64,000 nt of DNA from Octopus vulgaris. Lineage: Eukaryota. Under the pieces are notes generated by a model. The model ran no database searches, was not told the origin of the DNA, and saw only the letters and a program-made list of their open reading frames with translations. Of this stretch, positions 15,868-28,439 are shown piece by piece. The stretch's first letter is position 1, and every line of letters starts with the position of its first letter. The stretch lies in assembly GCA_951406725.2 (NCBI GenBank), contig OX597818.1, positions 113,708,001-113,772,000 on the forward strand. The letters run 5' to 3'. A program made the translations under genes and the position numbers.

Positions 15868-16042
15868 TTGGTTTCATGCCGAGAGGGAATTTCTCAGCAA
15901 TTATCAAGCCTGCCACATGAGACGTTAGTATTTGTCTCCATACTTTAATGAGTGTATTCTCATCCCAGACCCAGACAAGTACCAACGTCCCATGTGGCAC
16001 GCTTGATGATTGCTGAGAAATTCTCTCTCGGCATGAAACCAA
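15868..16042. repeat. Fold-back element with a stem of about 70 bp
   Basis: ttggtttcatgccgagagggaatttctcagcaattatcaagcctgccacatgagacgttagtatttgtct pairs with agacaagtaccaacgtcccatgtggcacgcttgatgattgctgagaaattctctctcggcatgaaaccaa. Confidence 0.85.
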
Positions 16043-16136
16043 TGGTATCCTTGTTAACCCACAAATAAACAATACTTATCCACCAAAACGGTGTTGAGCA
16101 TTCATTCCCACAGTTCGATATTGCTGTGTGAGTGAC

Positions 16137-16175
<39 letters not shown>

Positions 16176-16403
16176 TTTGTTTTTGTTGTTCCAGTTTCAG
16201 CTCTTGAGCTGTGGCCATGCTGGGGCACCGCCATTGTGGTGAAAGAGTACAGCAGGGATCACCACCCCCTGCCGGAGCCTCGTAGAGCTTTTAGGTGTTT
16301 TCGCTCAATAAACACACACAACGCCCGGTCTGAGAATCGAAACCGCGATCCTGCGACCGCGAGTCCGCTGCCCTAACCACTAGGCCATTGCGCCTCTACG
16401 GCG

Positions 16404-16803
<400 letters not shown>

Positions 16804-16866
16804 CACACACACATATATATATACATATACATATATTTGCATATATATATATATATGTATACACAG

Positions 16867-16953
<87 letters not shown>

Positions 16954-17188
16954 ATGGATGTATATGGATGGATTTGACTGATATGTGTAGAAAAAATTTT
17001 ACATGTGAATGTACAAAATTGTCAGTATGAAGAAACAGAAGAAAATATAACCTGCATATAAAGAATACACATGTATTTATTTTAATATACATAGAGTGTC
17101 TGTGTATACATAAATTGTTACGTACGTAAATATATTCATTAGATGCATATATGCTTTTGATTCATTTTGACTTGTTTTTTTTTTTCAT

Positions 17189-17194
17189 TTTATT
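17189..17194 (-). promoter_or_regulatory. Candidate polyadenylation signal (AATAAA) for ADMP
   Basis: TTTATT on the + strand about 0.9 kb past the stop codon, at the end of a repeat-free, UTR-like stretch. Confidence 0.3.
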
Positions 17195-18090
17195 GGGTCA
17201 TCACCGAAAACTTCGTTTTAGGGCGGAATATTGAATATAAATCATCTTTGTTCATCTGACTCTCTCTCCTGCCCTCTTCCTCTAGGTTACCGATATCGAC
17301 GAGACATCGAGGGTAAAAGAATTGAAGGGATACGAAATATATAAGCCAAGAACTGAACCCGTGTCGCACACTCTACTTCTTAGTGCTCACACCACCACTT
17401 TGTGTGTGTTTGTATAAGACCAAAGTTATACCGTGTTTGACATATAAAGAGAAGAGGTAAGGCAAGCGAGAGGTGAAATATCTATGATTTGTTAATGTCG
17501 GATACAAATAAAGAGTTATTTCCTAACATTCGGCAGCACTTCAAATTGAAAGATTTCCTGCGAAGAAATAATAGAATTACGTGAAATGTGTATTTGCGAA
17601 GGAGCGATGTTTGACGAGAAGTCGATCCAGTTATATTTCAAAATTGAAGTGAATTGAACAAACGTAGATGGATCGGATAATTTCAAAGGGTTTCTTTTCA
17701 AATAAGTTCCAAACGCTTTGGTGTGTGATTTAGAAGAGAGAAAATGGGAAGTGACTATGTCCATGAATTTCCTTAAACTATCAGAAATTCAAGAGGAAAC
17801 GATTGTATTTGCAAATCCAAACCGAGTTAACGGGTGACTCGGTTCGCCAAATTTCGAATGAGGCATTAGTTGTTCACTAAACTTTTAAACGAAGGCCTTA
17901 TTTTCTCAATTGGTATGCTGATCAGACATCTACCACTGGGATATATGTATATATATGTATAATTGTTTGTTTTCTTTACATTGAAATGATGGTTTAGATT
18001 TATAAGAGTGAGCAAATAAGGAATTTCTGACGTCCATGTAATGTTCAAAAGCACTTAAGGAGAAATGAAATGACTCTGTCATATTGCCAT

Positions 18091-18647
18091 CTAGTGGCAA
18101 CCGCAACTAGCAGCAACCATATCCTCGTAGAGCTTTAAAATTACATTCTCATCATCATCAAAATATAGCAGGCTTATAGAATATAGTTTATCAGGGACAC
18201 AGCACGGAGTAAGTACGTTTTTATCGGCGTGCAATGCATGAACGATACTTTGAACTGTAGCATGATTCGTAGGCTTGTGACTTTGACCTAAAGGGAAGGG
18301 GCATGCCCCTGCACAATGATAGGCATTATAACCTTTCGGTGAAATTATCCAACCAGACCAACCGATAGCACTGAAATCAACATACATTTCATAACGGGCG
18401 CAGTTTCGTTTCTTCCGTCGATAAATATTTCGCGCAGGACGTCGACGGTGCCTTGTATTGTTGCCTCCTGATCCCGATTTCACACTCCGTTTCTGTCGTG
18501 ATTTGAAATTAGGGAAATTACCTTGACTTTGTTCGTAATCAGATCGGTCTTTTTCGTTTAAAAGCCTGATGGCTTTCCTGAAGTCAAGTCTTCTCGAAGT
18601 CTGTGCTAGTTCGTGACGTAGTATATCTTCCTTTATTTCTTTGTAAC
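18091..18647 (-). CDS. ADMP: ADMP terminal coding exon: end of prodomain, furin sites and mature TGF-beta cystine-knot domain
   Basis: Acceptor ttcag at 18648; phase-1 start gt TAC AAA. Reads ...KSRQKR/SVKSG...RRKKRNCARYEMYVDFSAIGWSGWIISPKGYNAYHCAGACPFPLGQSHKPTNHATVQSIVHAL...PCCVPDKLYSISLLYFDDDENVILKLYEDMVAASCGCH*, with 7 conserved Cys. IGWSGWIISP, CPFPLGQ and LLYFDDDENV are ADMP-typical. TAG at 18093-18091. Confidence 0.95.
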
Positions 18648-18788
18648 CTGAATATAAAATTCCCCAGAAAAAAATATTATTAGCAACAAATATCTAAAAA
18701 AAAATATTTGGAAATAAGAATTGAATATATTTAGATTAATATGGGCAGAAGAAGCAAAAATGAATAAATAAGGTGTCGAAATATTTAC

Positions 18789-18953
18789 CTTCATCCGTCG
18801 GGGAAATGTAATTGCGATGTTTCTGGAGACCATCATCAGTGAAAACCACTAAAATGGGTTGTTTGCTATCATGGTGAGCTCTTCTTTGGGCGAACCGTAT
18901 AAACGTACTATTAATTGGCTCACCAGACATCACTGTGGCTCTAACAAGTAATC
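18789..18953 (-). CDS. ADMP: ADMP internal coding exon (165 bp, prodomain)
   Basis: tctag|GA TTA CTT GTT ... GAT GAA G|gtaaat. Encodes (G)LLVRATVMSGEPINSTFIRFAQRRAHHDSKQPILVVFTDDGLQKHRNYISPTDE; QPILVVF is the conserved BMP prodomain C-terminal motif. Phase 1/1 fits both neighbouring exons. Confidence 0.93.
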
Positions 18954-20276
18954 CTAGATAGTGAAGAGATTATTTAATGTTCAGTATTTGTTTACTCAGA
19001 CTTTCAATTATGTACGACATTCAACTTCGGGTTTTAAAATAATTACTCTGATATGGTAGCAGTTGTATGTAAACAAAAATATTAGTTTGTTTTTTTTTAA
19101 TTTGGTGAGAGGAGGTAAGTAGATGGTGTAGACCCCGTTGCTTAGCTTGTGCTTATTTTATCGACCCCGAAAGGATGGAAGTCGACCTTGGTATAATTCG
19201 AACTCAGAATGTAAAGACGGACGAAATGCCGCAAGGAATTTTGCCTGGTGGGCTAATGATTCCGCCAGCTCACCGCCTTATGTAAACATAAATATTAATA
19301 ATTTTTGTTCGTTTCAAGGACTCGGCTCTTTTAATAAGATATTACGGAGTAATGATTTTATGTTAAGTTCTAATGGTGTCAACTTTTAGCACAAGGCCAG
19401 TAATTTTAAGGCAAAGTCGATTACATCGGCCTCAGTACTTGGCTGGTATTTATCTTCTCGACCTCGAAAAGATGAAAGGTAAAGTCGACATCAGCAGGAC
19501 TTGAACTCAGAACGTAAAGAGCAGAAAGAAATGCCGTTAAGCAATACATTCAACTGGAAATGAATTACATCCGTTGCAGAGTAGTGACATCTTCTTGGAC
19601 TCACAGTTTATTACTAAAAGATACTGTGAATTTTCTACTACTAACAATTACTTTTGAATTCTTATTCACCCTAAAGATGTGGTTTTCTGGTGAAAGTAAG
19701 TATCGCTTAGAATAAGGGCTTGGTAATTCATAATGCCAAACAAGGTGAATTTATATTGTTGTTTATTAATTATGTCATCGAATCATAGCGATAAAGTGGA
19801 AGTTTCTTTCAGTTTGGTGGTGATCTCATTTCAAACATTTCTGTACAGTTGTTGAGCTTTGTGGACGGCATATTTAAAACAAAAAAGTGCGTTTGTAAAG
19901 ATAAAAGATTGTTTTTTCTTAAGGTGATTCATGATTTCCGATGTGCTAAAATTCCATATATATATTTTTTTTTTATGCGCCCTATTCAAGCCTAGCCAGG
20001 CTCATGGGCCCGGTTTCTCGGTTTCTATGGCGTATGTGTTCCCCACCCCCAGCTGGACGGGACGCCAGTCCATCGCAGTGTTACTCAAGAAACAGGAAGA
20101 AAAAGCGAGAGAAAGTTAGGGCGAAAGAGTACAACAGGGGTCGCCCCACCCCCTTGCCGGAGCCTCGTGGAACTTAAGAAGTGTTCGCTCAATAAACACA
20201 CACAATACCCGGTCTGGGAATCGAAACCGCGATCCTCCGACCGCGAGTCCACTGCCCTAACCACTGGGCCACTGCG

Positions 20277-20359
<83 letters not shown>

Positions 20360-20384
20360 GGGGTGAAGTGTATTCGACTATGGA

Positions 20385-20590
20385 ATGACACACGTGCTTT
20401 CCTTTAGACTACCTGCTCTTTCCTCCTTTTGGGATTTTCACCTTTTTCTGACGAAGAGACATGCTCGAAATGTCATTTTCATTTCTGTTTTTTCCATCTA
20501 AAACTTCAATTTTGAGCGTTAGTCTAATATATTCATTGTATGCGTCTAACTGACTTTTGTTGTTCCTTCCTGTTTTTTAAATTTATTTTT
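20385..20590 (+). mobile_element. Diverged relative of the 200-bp hammerhead element
   Basis: CTGACGA-agagacatgctc-GAAATGTC at about 20448-20474, with similar pyrimidine-rich flanks and the tgagcgt motif. Confidence 0.5.
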
Positions 20591-20653
20591 CTCTCTCTCT
20601 ATCAATCTATCTATCTATATATGCGTGTGTGTGTCTGTTTGTGTGCGTATGTG

Positions 20654-20703
<50 letters not shown>

Positions 20704-20706
<3 letters not shown>

Positions 20707-21013
20707 AGGCGCAATGGCCTAATGGTTAGGGCAGCGGACTCGCGGTCGTAGGATCGCGGTTTCGATTCCCAGACCGGGCGTTGTGAGTGTTTATTGAGCG
20801 AAAACACCTAAAGCTCCACGAAGCTCCGGCAAGGGGTGGTGGCGATCCCTGCTGTACTCTTTCGCCACAACTTTCTCTCACTCTTTCTTCTGTTGGCCTG
20901 CTCGCTTAGCCAGCGGGGTGGCGTCATTTGAAGGCTAAAACAATTTGAAGCGCATTGTGACCAGCGATGTGAAACAACATCTGATGGCCTGGTCGGTCAC
21001 GGTGATCACGGTG
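20704..21013 (+). mobile_element. tRNA-derived SINE, family A (octopus OR-like); other copies at 48261-48545(+), 16248-16398(-), 19975-20278(-)
   Basis: Pol III A box tggcctaatggttagg and B box ggtttcgattccc; near-identical dispersed copies. Confidence 0.85.
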
Positions 21014-21098
21014 ATATATATATATATATATGAGTGAATATTCAAATGAATACTCGTTAAAGATATTATTATTATTATCATTATTATTATTATTGTTG

Positions 21099-21156
<58 letters not shown>

Positions 21157-21762
21157 CAGCAGCAAATCGAAATAATTCATAATAATAATAACAACAATAA
21201 CATTAGTGGCAGCAAGTGATATCAGCATTAAACAGCTATACATCTTTTGCCTCATTCTACGACTTTTTAGCTGAGATGATAGTATGTTAAATACTATTCG
21301 TTTGCCCGATTTCTGTTAGCCCGTTGTATATTATCAGTGAAATTGGTGGTTAAGTTGGGGTTTTTTACTTGTACTTTCGAGCAAGCTGGTGCTTCGTGTA
21401 TCCTCTAATAATATTATGAATTTATATGTGTCTATGTATGTGTGTGTATCTATGCATATGTATGTCTGTACGCATGTATATATCTGTACATACATATGTA
21501 TATAAGCATACACATACGCACACAGAATTCTATACGTACAAATCTCCAATTCCCTCCCGCACGCACGTAATTTCATTTTCCATCTCTCCTAACTTTTCGT
21601 ATATTTTATAATCCCTATAATCTTCCTTCTACTCTTCCCCTTTCTGTATTGCCTTTATTTGTCAAACTATTTTGCTACCTGCAGAGCAGCAATACATTAA
21701 GTGAGACCTCCTTAAATAGTCTTTCATCATCAGCGGTGGCCAACAATAGCAGAAAAACTTAC

Positions 21763-21922
21763 CATAATTGGGTGAGGTGTTGTTCATCCAGGAGAGCAGG
21801 GCACTCATCACTGTGAAAGTTACCCAACCGTGACTGTATGCACTCAGGCGACGAACATCGATCAACTTGAGGCTAGAAGGAGCATCAATATTCTTTAGTG
21901 ACAAAACTTGATAAATTTGAAT
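21763..21922 (-). CDS. ADMP: ADMP internal coding exon (160 bp, prodomain)
   Basis: ttgcag|ATT CAA ATT TAT ... AAT TAT G|gtaagt. Encodes IQIYQVLSLKNIDAPSSLKLIDVRRLSAYSHGWVTFTVMSALLSWMNNTSPNY(G), with the GWxxFxV..W..N.GL prodomain pattern. Phase 0/1. Confidence 0.92.
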
Positions 21923-21926
21923 CTGC

Positions 21927-21983
<57 letters not shown>

Positions 21984-21987
<4 letters not shown>

Positions 21988-22255
21988 TTCAGACAAATAC
22001 ATAAAAACATAATATTCAAACAAATACATAGCAAAATCATAATATTTAGACAAATACATAACAAAAACATCAGGACTAACAAATATATATAACATACAGA
22101 AAATAGCATTAGTAAGCACCACACACATCCTACGCAAAACACTTTCAATACAGTAACCATAAGAGCATCACAACAAACCACAGCACATACCCAAGGCACA
22201 CAGAGCTGCACTCGATGGTGCAGTGAAAGCACGTTATAAAATTAAGACTCCTGAA
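21984..22255 (+). mobile_element. Short Dong/R4 3' end inserted in (AAT)n beside an ADMP splice acceptor
   Basis: Encodes DKYITKTSGLTNIYNIQKIALVSTTHILRKTLSIQ* (stop 22154-22156), matching the C-terminus of copy 3. A 27-30 bp unit is repeated three times at the 5' junction. Confidence 0.8.
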
Positions 22256-22818
22256 TGATGATGATGATGATAATAATGATGATGATGATTAGGAGGAGGA
22301 GGAGGAGGAGGAGGATTTGTTAGTTTCTACAAAGAGTGACACATACATAGACAACCATGCAACCATGAAATAGAACAAAATAAAATAAGAGAGAGAAATG
22401 TATAAATCAAATTGTATTAATGTCTAAGATACCAGATGAACCCACTTCGCGGCAGGAGGCATAGGGACGAGCACCTCTGTCCAACTTGCTACTTCGTCAG
22501 AAATCCAGTCGTGCTGAAAGACGGTGCCCCAGCATGGCCTCAGCCTCTAGCTGAAGCCAGTAAAACACACACACACATAGACGTCACTAAAGTGACAAAG
22601 GGCACTAGTCAGCACCAGTGTTGCTAGAGATGTGAATCAAAACAACTCATAGCCACAGAAAGCACTTATCATTATGGCTGACAAGGAAGCCAAGCTCCCT
22701 TCATCCACGGAATAGCCAGGTCACCTGGCTAACTGAAAGAAGCTTGTCCTATATATGTGTGCATGTGTGCGCGTATTTGTGCATGTGTCTGCGTGCGTGT
22801 GTGTTCATTTGTGTGCGT

Positions 22819-22863
<45 letters not shown>

Positions 22864-23303
22864 TGTGTTTATGTCCCCGTAACGTAGCGGTTCAGCAAAA
22901 GAGACCGATAGAATAAGTGCCAGACTTCATGAAAAAATAAGCACTGAGATCTATTCATTCGACTAGAAATTCCTTAAGTCAATGTCCCAGTGTGACCGCA
23001 GTCTAATGACTGAAACAAGTAAAAAAAGAAAAAAATGAAGAATGTTATGTGATCATCATTAGATTATTCACTTAAAAATAACCCCAGAATTTATCAACAG
23101 GAACAAATATATTAATATATTGATGAGTTTTTAAAAGCTGTCTTTTCTACCCTACGAAGTGCTGCGCTTTCTAATAGAACTTTACGAGGATGACACAAAC
23201 CGGTCAAAAGAGTAATGTGGGTGATTGACACAACGAATACAAATTTCTGTGTTTTATAGCGATGAAATCCTAATTCATTTCACTGACACACGCACGCGTA
23301 CAA

Positions 23304-23394
<91 letters not shown>

Positions 23395-24450
23395 AGAGAG
23401 TGACCAAAAAAAGGGCAGCACTCAACACATTTGGTAGGAATTACAGTTATTTAATGACAGTTTGACTCAGCTCTTTACGGCTTAAATTTTTGTAACGCTC
23501 GTTGGACGAACATATCTCGTCCCTGTTATTAAAGATGAAGACGCGTGCTATAGTTATATAAGTCTGCCAATTTCTAAAGCATGAAACCATTAGAAGCGCT
23601 TTTGTAAATTCTGCATACTAAATTATATTTATCTTTCATTGGATGGAGTACATTTTTTAAATTCTAGTTATAATGGAACTGTTTACTGTATACATACATA
23701 CATACACATACATACATACATACATACATATATACATACATAATACATACATACATACATACATACATACATACATACATACATACATACATACATACAT
23801 ACATACATACATACTTATATACATACATACATACATATATACTTATATACATACATACATACTTATATACATTCTTATATACATACATACATACATACAT
23901 ACATACATACATACATACATGCATACATACATACTTATATACATACGTACATACATACATACATATATACATACTTATATACATACTTACGTACATACAT
24001 ACTTATATACATATATACATACATACAAATATACATACATACATGCATGCATACATACATACTTACATACAAACATACATACATACATACATACATACAT
24101 TCTTATATACATACATACATACATACATACATACATACATACATACATACATACATACATACATACATACATACATGCTTCTGTTTGTTCCACTGTGAGC
24201 GCATGTATGTTACATTTATGTTTTTATTTGTACGCCATTATTTCCACCTACACATAGTGAATGTGTGTTTGTGCTGTTGAAAGAGAGAAGGTTATCGCGT
24301 TCCGTTGATGAATGTTCCCATCGATGTCGTACGGAAGGGGTTTGGAATGCGTATGGATGGTCGAAAAAGAGCGAAGCCAATACTGTGTCGAAAGAATGTG
24401 TTGTTGGAAGCGATTGCCAGTATATGTCAAGAGTGAGATACTGGCTCGCA

Positions 24451-24787
24451 CAGCGAGGGATTTCAGCCGCTGGGCCGCGGATCTGCATGGGGCCGTGGAT
24501 TATCTGGTACTGAGCCGCACAGAAAGAATAGATTTCAACATTTCATTTCTATTTTATCTAGAGTGTTTTCATATTATATTGCATATGTATTATATAAGTA
24601 ATATATATGTATTACATACGTAATAGGCGCAGGAGTGGCTGTGTGGTAAGTAGCTTGTCTACCAACCACATGGTTCCGGGTTCAGTCCCACTGCGTGGCA
24701 CCTTGGGCAAGTGTCTTCTACTATAGCCTCGGGCCGACCAAAGCCTTGTGAGTGGATTTGGTAGACGGAAACTGAAAGAAGCCCGTC

Positions 24788-24870
<83 letters not shown>

Positions 24871-25203
24871 TGTGTGTGTTTGTGTGTCTGTGTTTGTCCC
24901 GTAGCATTGCTTGACAACCGATGCTGGTGTGTTTATGTCCCCGATACTTAGCGGCAAAAGAGACCGATAGAATAAGTACTGGGCTTACAAAAGAATAAGT
25001 TCCGGGGTCGAGTTGCTCGATTAAAGGCGGTGCTCCAGCATGGCCGCAGTCAAATGACTGAAACAAGTAAAGGAGTAAAGGAGAATAATATATTATATAC
25101 TGTGCACTTGATTGTGTTTTGTTATGCACGTGATCCCCTGGTCGGTAGAAAAATTGTCTACCATAAAACCGGTCTGTAGTGCAAAAAAAGGTTGGCGCCG
25201 CTG
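24451..25203 (+). mobile_element. hAT-Charlie (MER1-like) non-autonomous element interrupted by a SINE
   Basis: gggccgcgga...gccgcacag 5' part and gaaaaattgtct...aaaccggtc...gcaaaaaaaggttggcgccgctg 3' part resemble MER1/Charlie3 ends. Confidence 0.6.
24624..25085 (+). mobile_element. tRNA-derived SINE, family B, with internal microsatellite; many copies (e.g. 15055-15600-, 28020-28418+, 30785-31165-, 31270-31625-, 46738-46920-, 48960-49150-)
   Basis: A/B-box head, CORE-like caccttgggcaagtg, and tail ...ccagcatggccgcagtc...gactgaaacaagtaaa repeated throughout the window. Confidence 0.85.
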
Positions 25204-26194
25204 CATTACAAAACTTTAGAATTTAACAGAGCTGGTAAAATATGACACGCGTTACGATAGTGAGTGCTGATAGAAAGTTTTCAGTTAAAGGACTGAGAAA
25301 TATATGTTGGCTCTAAGCAAGCGATATCACCAGAAAGCTATCACCGAGAGGTTTTCTAATTTCATATACAAAACCTTGCTTTCGCTAGAGTTCTCAAGAG
25401 GGGGAGACCAATGAAAAGTTGTTTAGAAATTTTCGCTGGGAGCAAATGTGCACATCGGGTGAAGAGACGGCAACCTTGGTTCGTAGAAGCTTTGCTGAGA
25501 CTATGAAATCTTATTTCCATTTATCCTTGTGGGTTCGATTAAATTAATGCTAGAGACTACAGTGATATGATTATTCAACATTTCTTGACAAAAGTTAGCC
25601 TTCTATTTTGATGTATGTTCACTTTGTTGATAATTCTCTGCGGTGGGTCCTCTTCTATAACGCAATAAAAAGAGACATTAATCTCACGAAACCACCTCGT
25701 TTATTCGAATTAAGTAGCAAAACGATATGCTTGCTACTGACATAAAAATGAATAACTGAAATATGATGCCTTTAAGGGAATAAGAATGAAGAGTTGTGAC
25801 ATCGAAACCTTTCTCAAGGACTTCACCAGCTTTATTATTGTTTTTATAGGTACAAAGCTTGTTGTTTACGATTAAAAATAAAAAGTTATGGAAAATTATC
25901 TTTATCGATTTACATCTATGATATTTAAGCTGACAGAGAAAGTAACCTATGACGTTGCATACGCAAATAATTTGCCCCAGTCTCGAAGTGATAACAATAT
26001 TGGAATACTAGAAGTTGTAATCCAGAAATAGGAACTAAGTCGAATATTTTCTTGAATTTTGTTGAAGCTATTTTACTCGTTAATACCGGAGCGTCTCATT
26101 GACAACATACAATAATGTTGACGTTTGTTTAATGTCCTAATTTCTTCATTGCAGATATTTCTCATTATAGATGTTGAACAGAATCATCCATACA

Positions 26195-26227
<33 letters not shown>

Positions 26228-28439
26228 GCACACATACACTTAAGGGAGCATGTATATATGGCTATTCTCCTGCTACAAATTGTAGCCAAATCTCCTTTAA
26301 ATCCCACCCTGACATTTTAAGAAAAGAAACAACACGTTAGATAATGTAGTCCTAAATACACTTTGAAAAAAAAAAGAGTTTTGTGACTGAAATAACTTTG
26401 ATCATTGCTTTGCTGAAACAAAACTAATTAATATTCATTCAAAAGAGTACAAAAACGTCTATACAGAAGTTTCCTCATTATACGATATTACTTATAAGTT
26501 GAGGAGACTTGGTTACTATTTAAAAAACTCAAACAACCACGCAGAAACTTACTTAATTGACATGTCTAAGATGATGTTATTGATTCTTTAGGCTAGATCA
26601 GACCTCATTGATTACAATCAGCCGGAGCTTTTTTTGTTTTTTGCCCAAACATATTGACCTTAAAGTTACAATATTCAATATGTCCTTTCTTTTAAAGACG
26701 AGTGATTTGTGAGAAAGAAGTCGAGTGACAACGAAAAGGTTCCTTCACTGACCTGTTTATGGCAATTTATTTAGACCTAAGAGGGCGACGAGCCGGCAGT
26801 TGTTACTGCAACGGACAAAATGCTTTGCGGTATTTATTCCGTCTCTATGGTCTGAGTTCAAATGAAGTCGAGGTCAACCTTGCCTTTCATCCTTTCAGGA
26901 TCGATAAAATAATACCCTTTTGGCACTGGGTGTCGATGTAATCGACTAGCTCCCCCGCCCACCAAATTTTAAGCCCTATCCCTTATGCCTATAATAGAAA
27001 GAATGATTTAGTCTTAAGTCAAATCTAGTTTAAGTGATCAAAAAGCATTCCAAATGTGGCCACTCTGCCAATGGTTCCCTCAATACATTATCCAAATATG
27101 TCTTTCCATTTTTCAAAAGAAGGCCAGTTATAATCAGTAAAACTGAAATGATGAACTGCCATAGTAATACTGAAACGATGAACCGCCATAGAATTTTATA
27201 GAATATAATTTAAGCGTTTATAAATCTTACCTACCGACTGAGACTCTTGAAAAACGTTATTATTCATAATTTTTGTATTTAGGAATGGTCATTTTGCCAG
27301 TTTAGCCAATAATGACCATTCCTAAATACAACAATATCTGTTTCAACACACGATTTCACATCAAAAATCTTGCAAAACAAATATATAAACGTAATTCATA
27401 ATTTTGTTATACGTAAATATGATTAATAAATCAAGCTAAGTAATAGCTTCTATATTTTTCAAAATTTAAACTTTAAGACCCTTTTTAATTTTCCATAGGT
27501 GCAGTTGATCGTCAATGCACTATGAAATCAAAAATATTGAGATCTGCTAATGTAGGGTGTGATTTCAGAAAGTTTTCACATGGTGTTTCTTCAAATCGAG
27601 TAACCACAGACATGTCACTTCACTTGCTCGTTTATAGCAATATTGTTGTTATTTACCCGAGTTCAATCTAGTTTAACAGATCTATGACTAAAAAACATCC
27701 CAAAAATGACCACTTTGCCACTTTGTCTGTAAGTATGACTACATTCTTCAATTTTCCCTCCCCCTTTGAACAGTGTGAATTTATGGAAATGTGGTTGCTA
27801 TTTCTAGCATATCGAACGATTGCAGAGAACAGCAGTCCTCAATTTCTTTGACTTTGTGACACAAAGGATTAAATAAAAAAAAATATATAGGTGCATTTTT
27901 CGTAGAAAGCCACAAAGTCATAAGTTCATGATATGATATAGAAATCAATCGATAATCTTGTTTTATTAATCATTGAGTAGTAGATTGAGGGTATTGTTAG
28001 GATGTTGGGCAAAACAATTGGAGTAGGCTCAGGCTTGACTGTGTGGTAAGAAGCGTGCTCTCCAACCGCATGGTTCCGAGAATCAGTTCTACTGCGTGTC
28101 ATCTCCGGCTGATCAAAGCTTTGTAAGCAGATTTGGTAGGTGGAAACTGAAAAAAGCTCGTCGTTTACATGTGTGTGTGTTTGTGTGTGTGTACGGGAGT
28201 ATCTGTGTTTCTCCCTCACAACCGCTTCACAACCGGTGTTGGTTTGTTTACGTCCCTGTAATCTAGCGGTTCGGCAAAAGAGACCGATAGAATAAATACC
28301 AGGTTTAAAAGAAAAAAAAAAAAGTACTAGGGTCGATTCATTCGACTAAAAATTCTTCGAGGTGGTGCCCCAGCATGGTCGCAGTCTGATTGACTGAAAC
28401 AAGTAAAAGATAAAAGATTCATTTGTTCCAGTTCTTTCC

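Noticed and set aside
17820-17844. 10-bp hairpin in the ADMP 3' UTR
   Set aside because: Short, has a mismatch on the mRNA strand, and matches no known element; could be chance.
20704-20780. tRNA-like sequences here and at 16330-16398, 20210-20278 and 48261-48335
   Set aside because: They continue into SINE bodies and lack a proper acceptor stem, so they are SINE heads, not tRNA genes.
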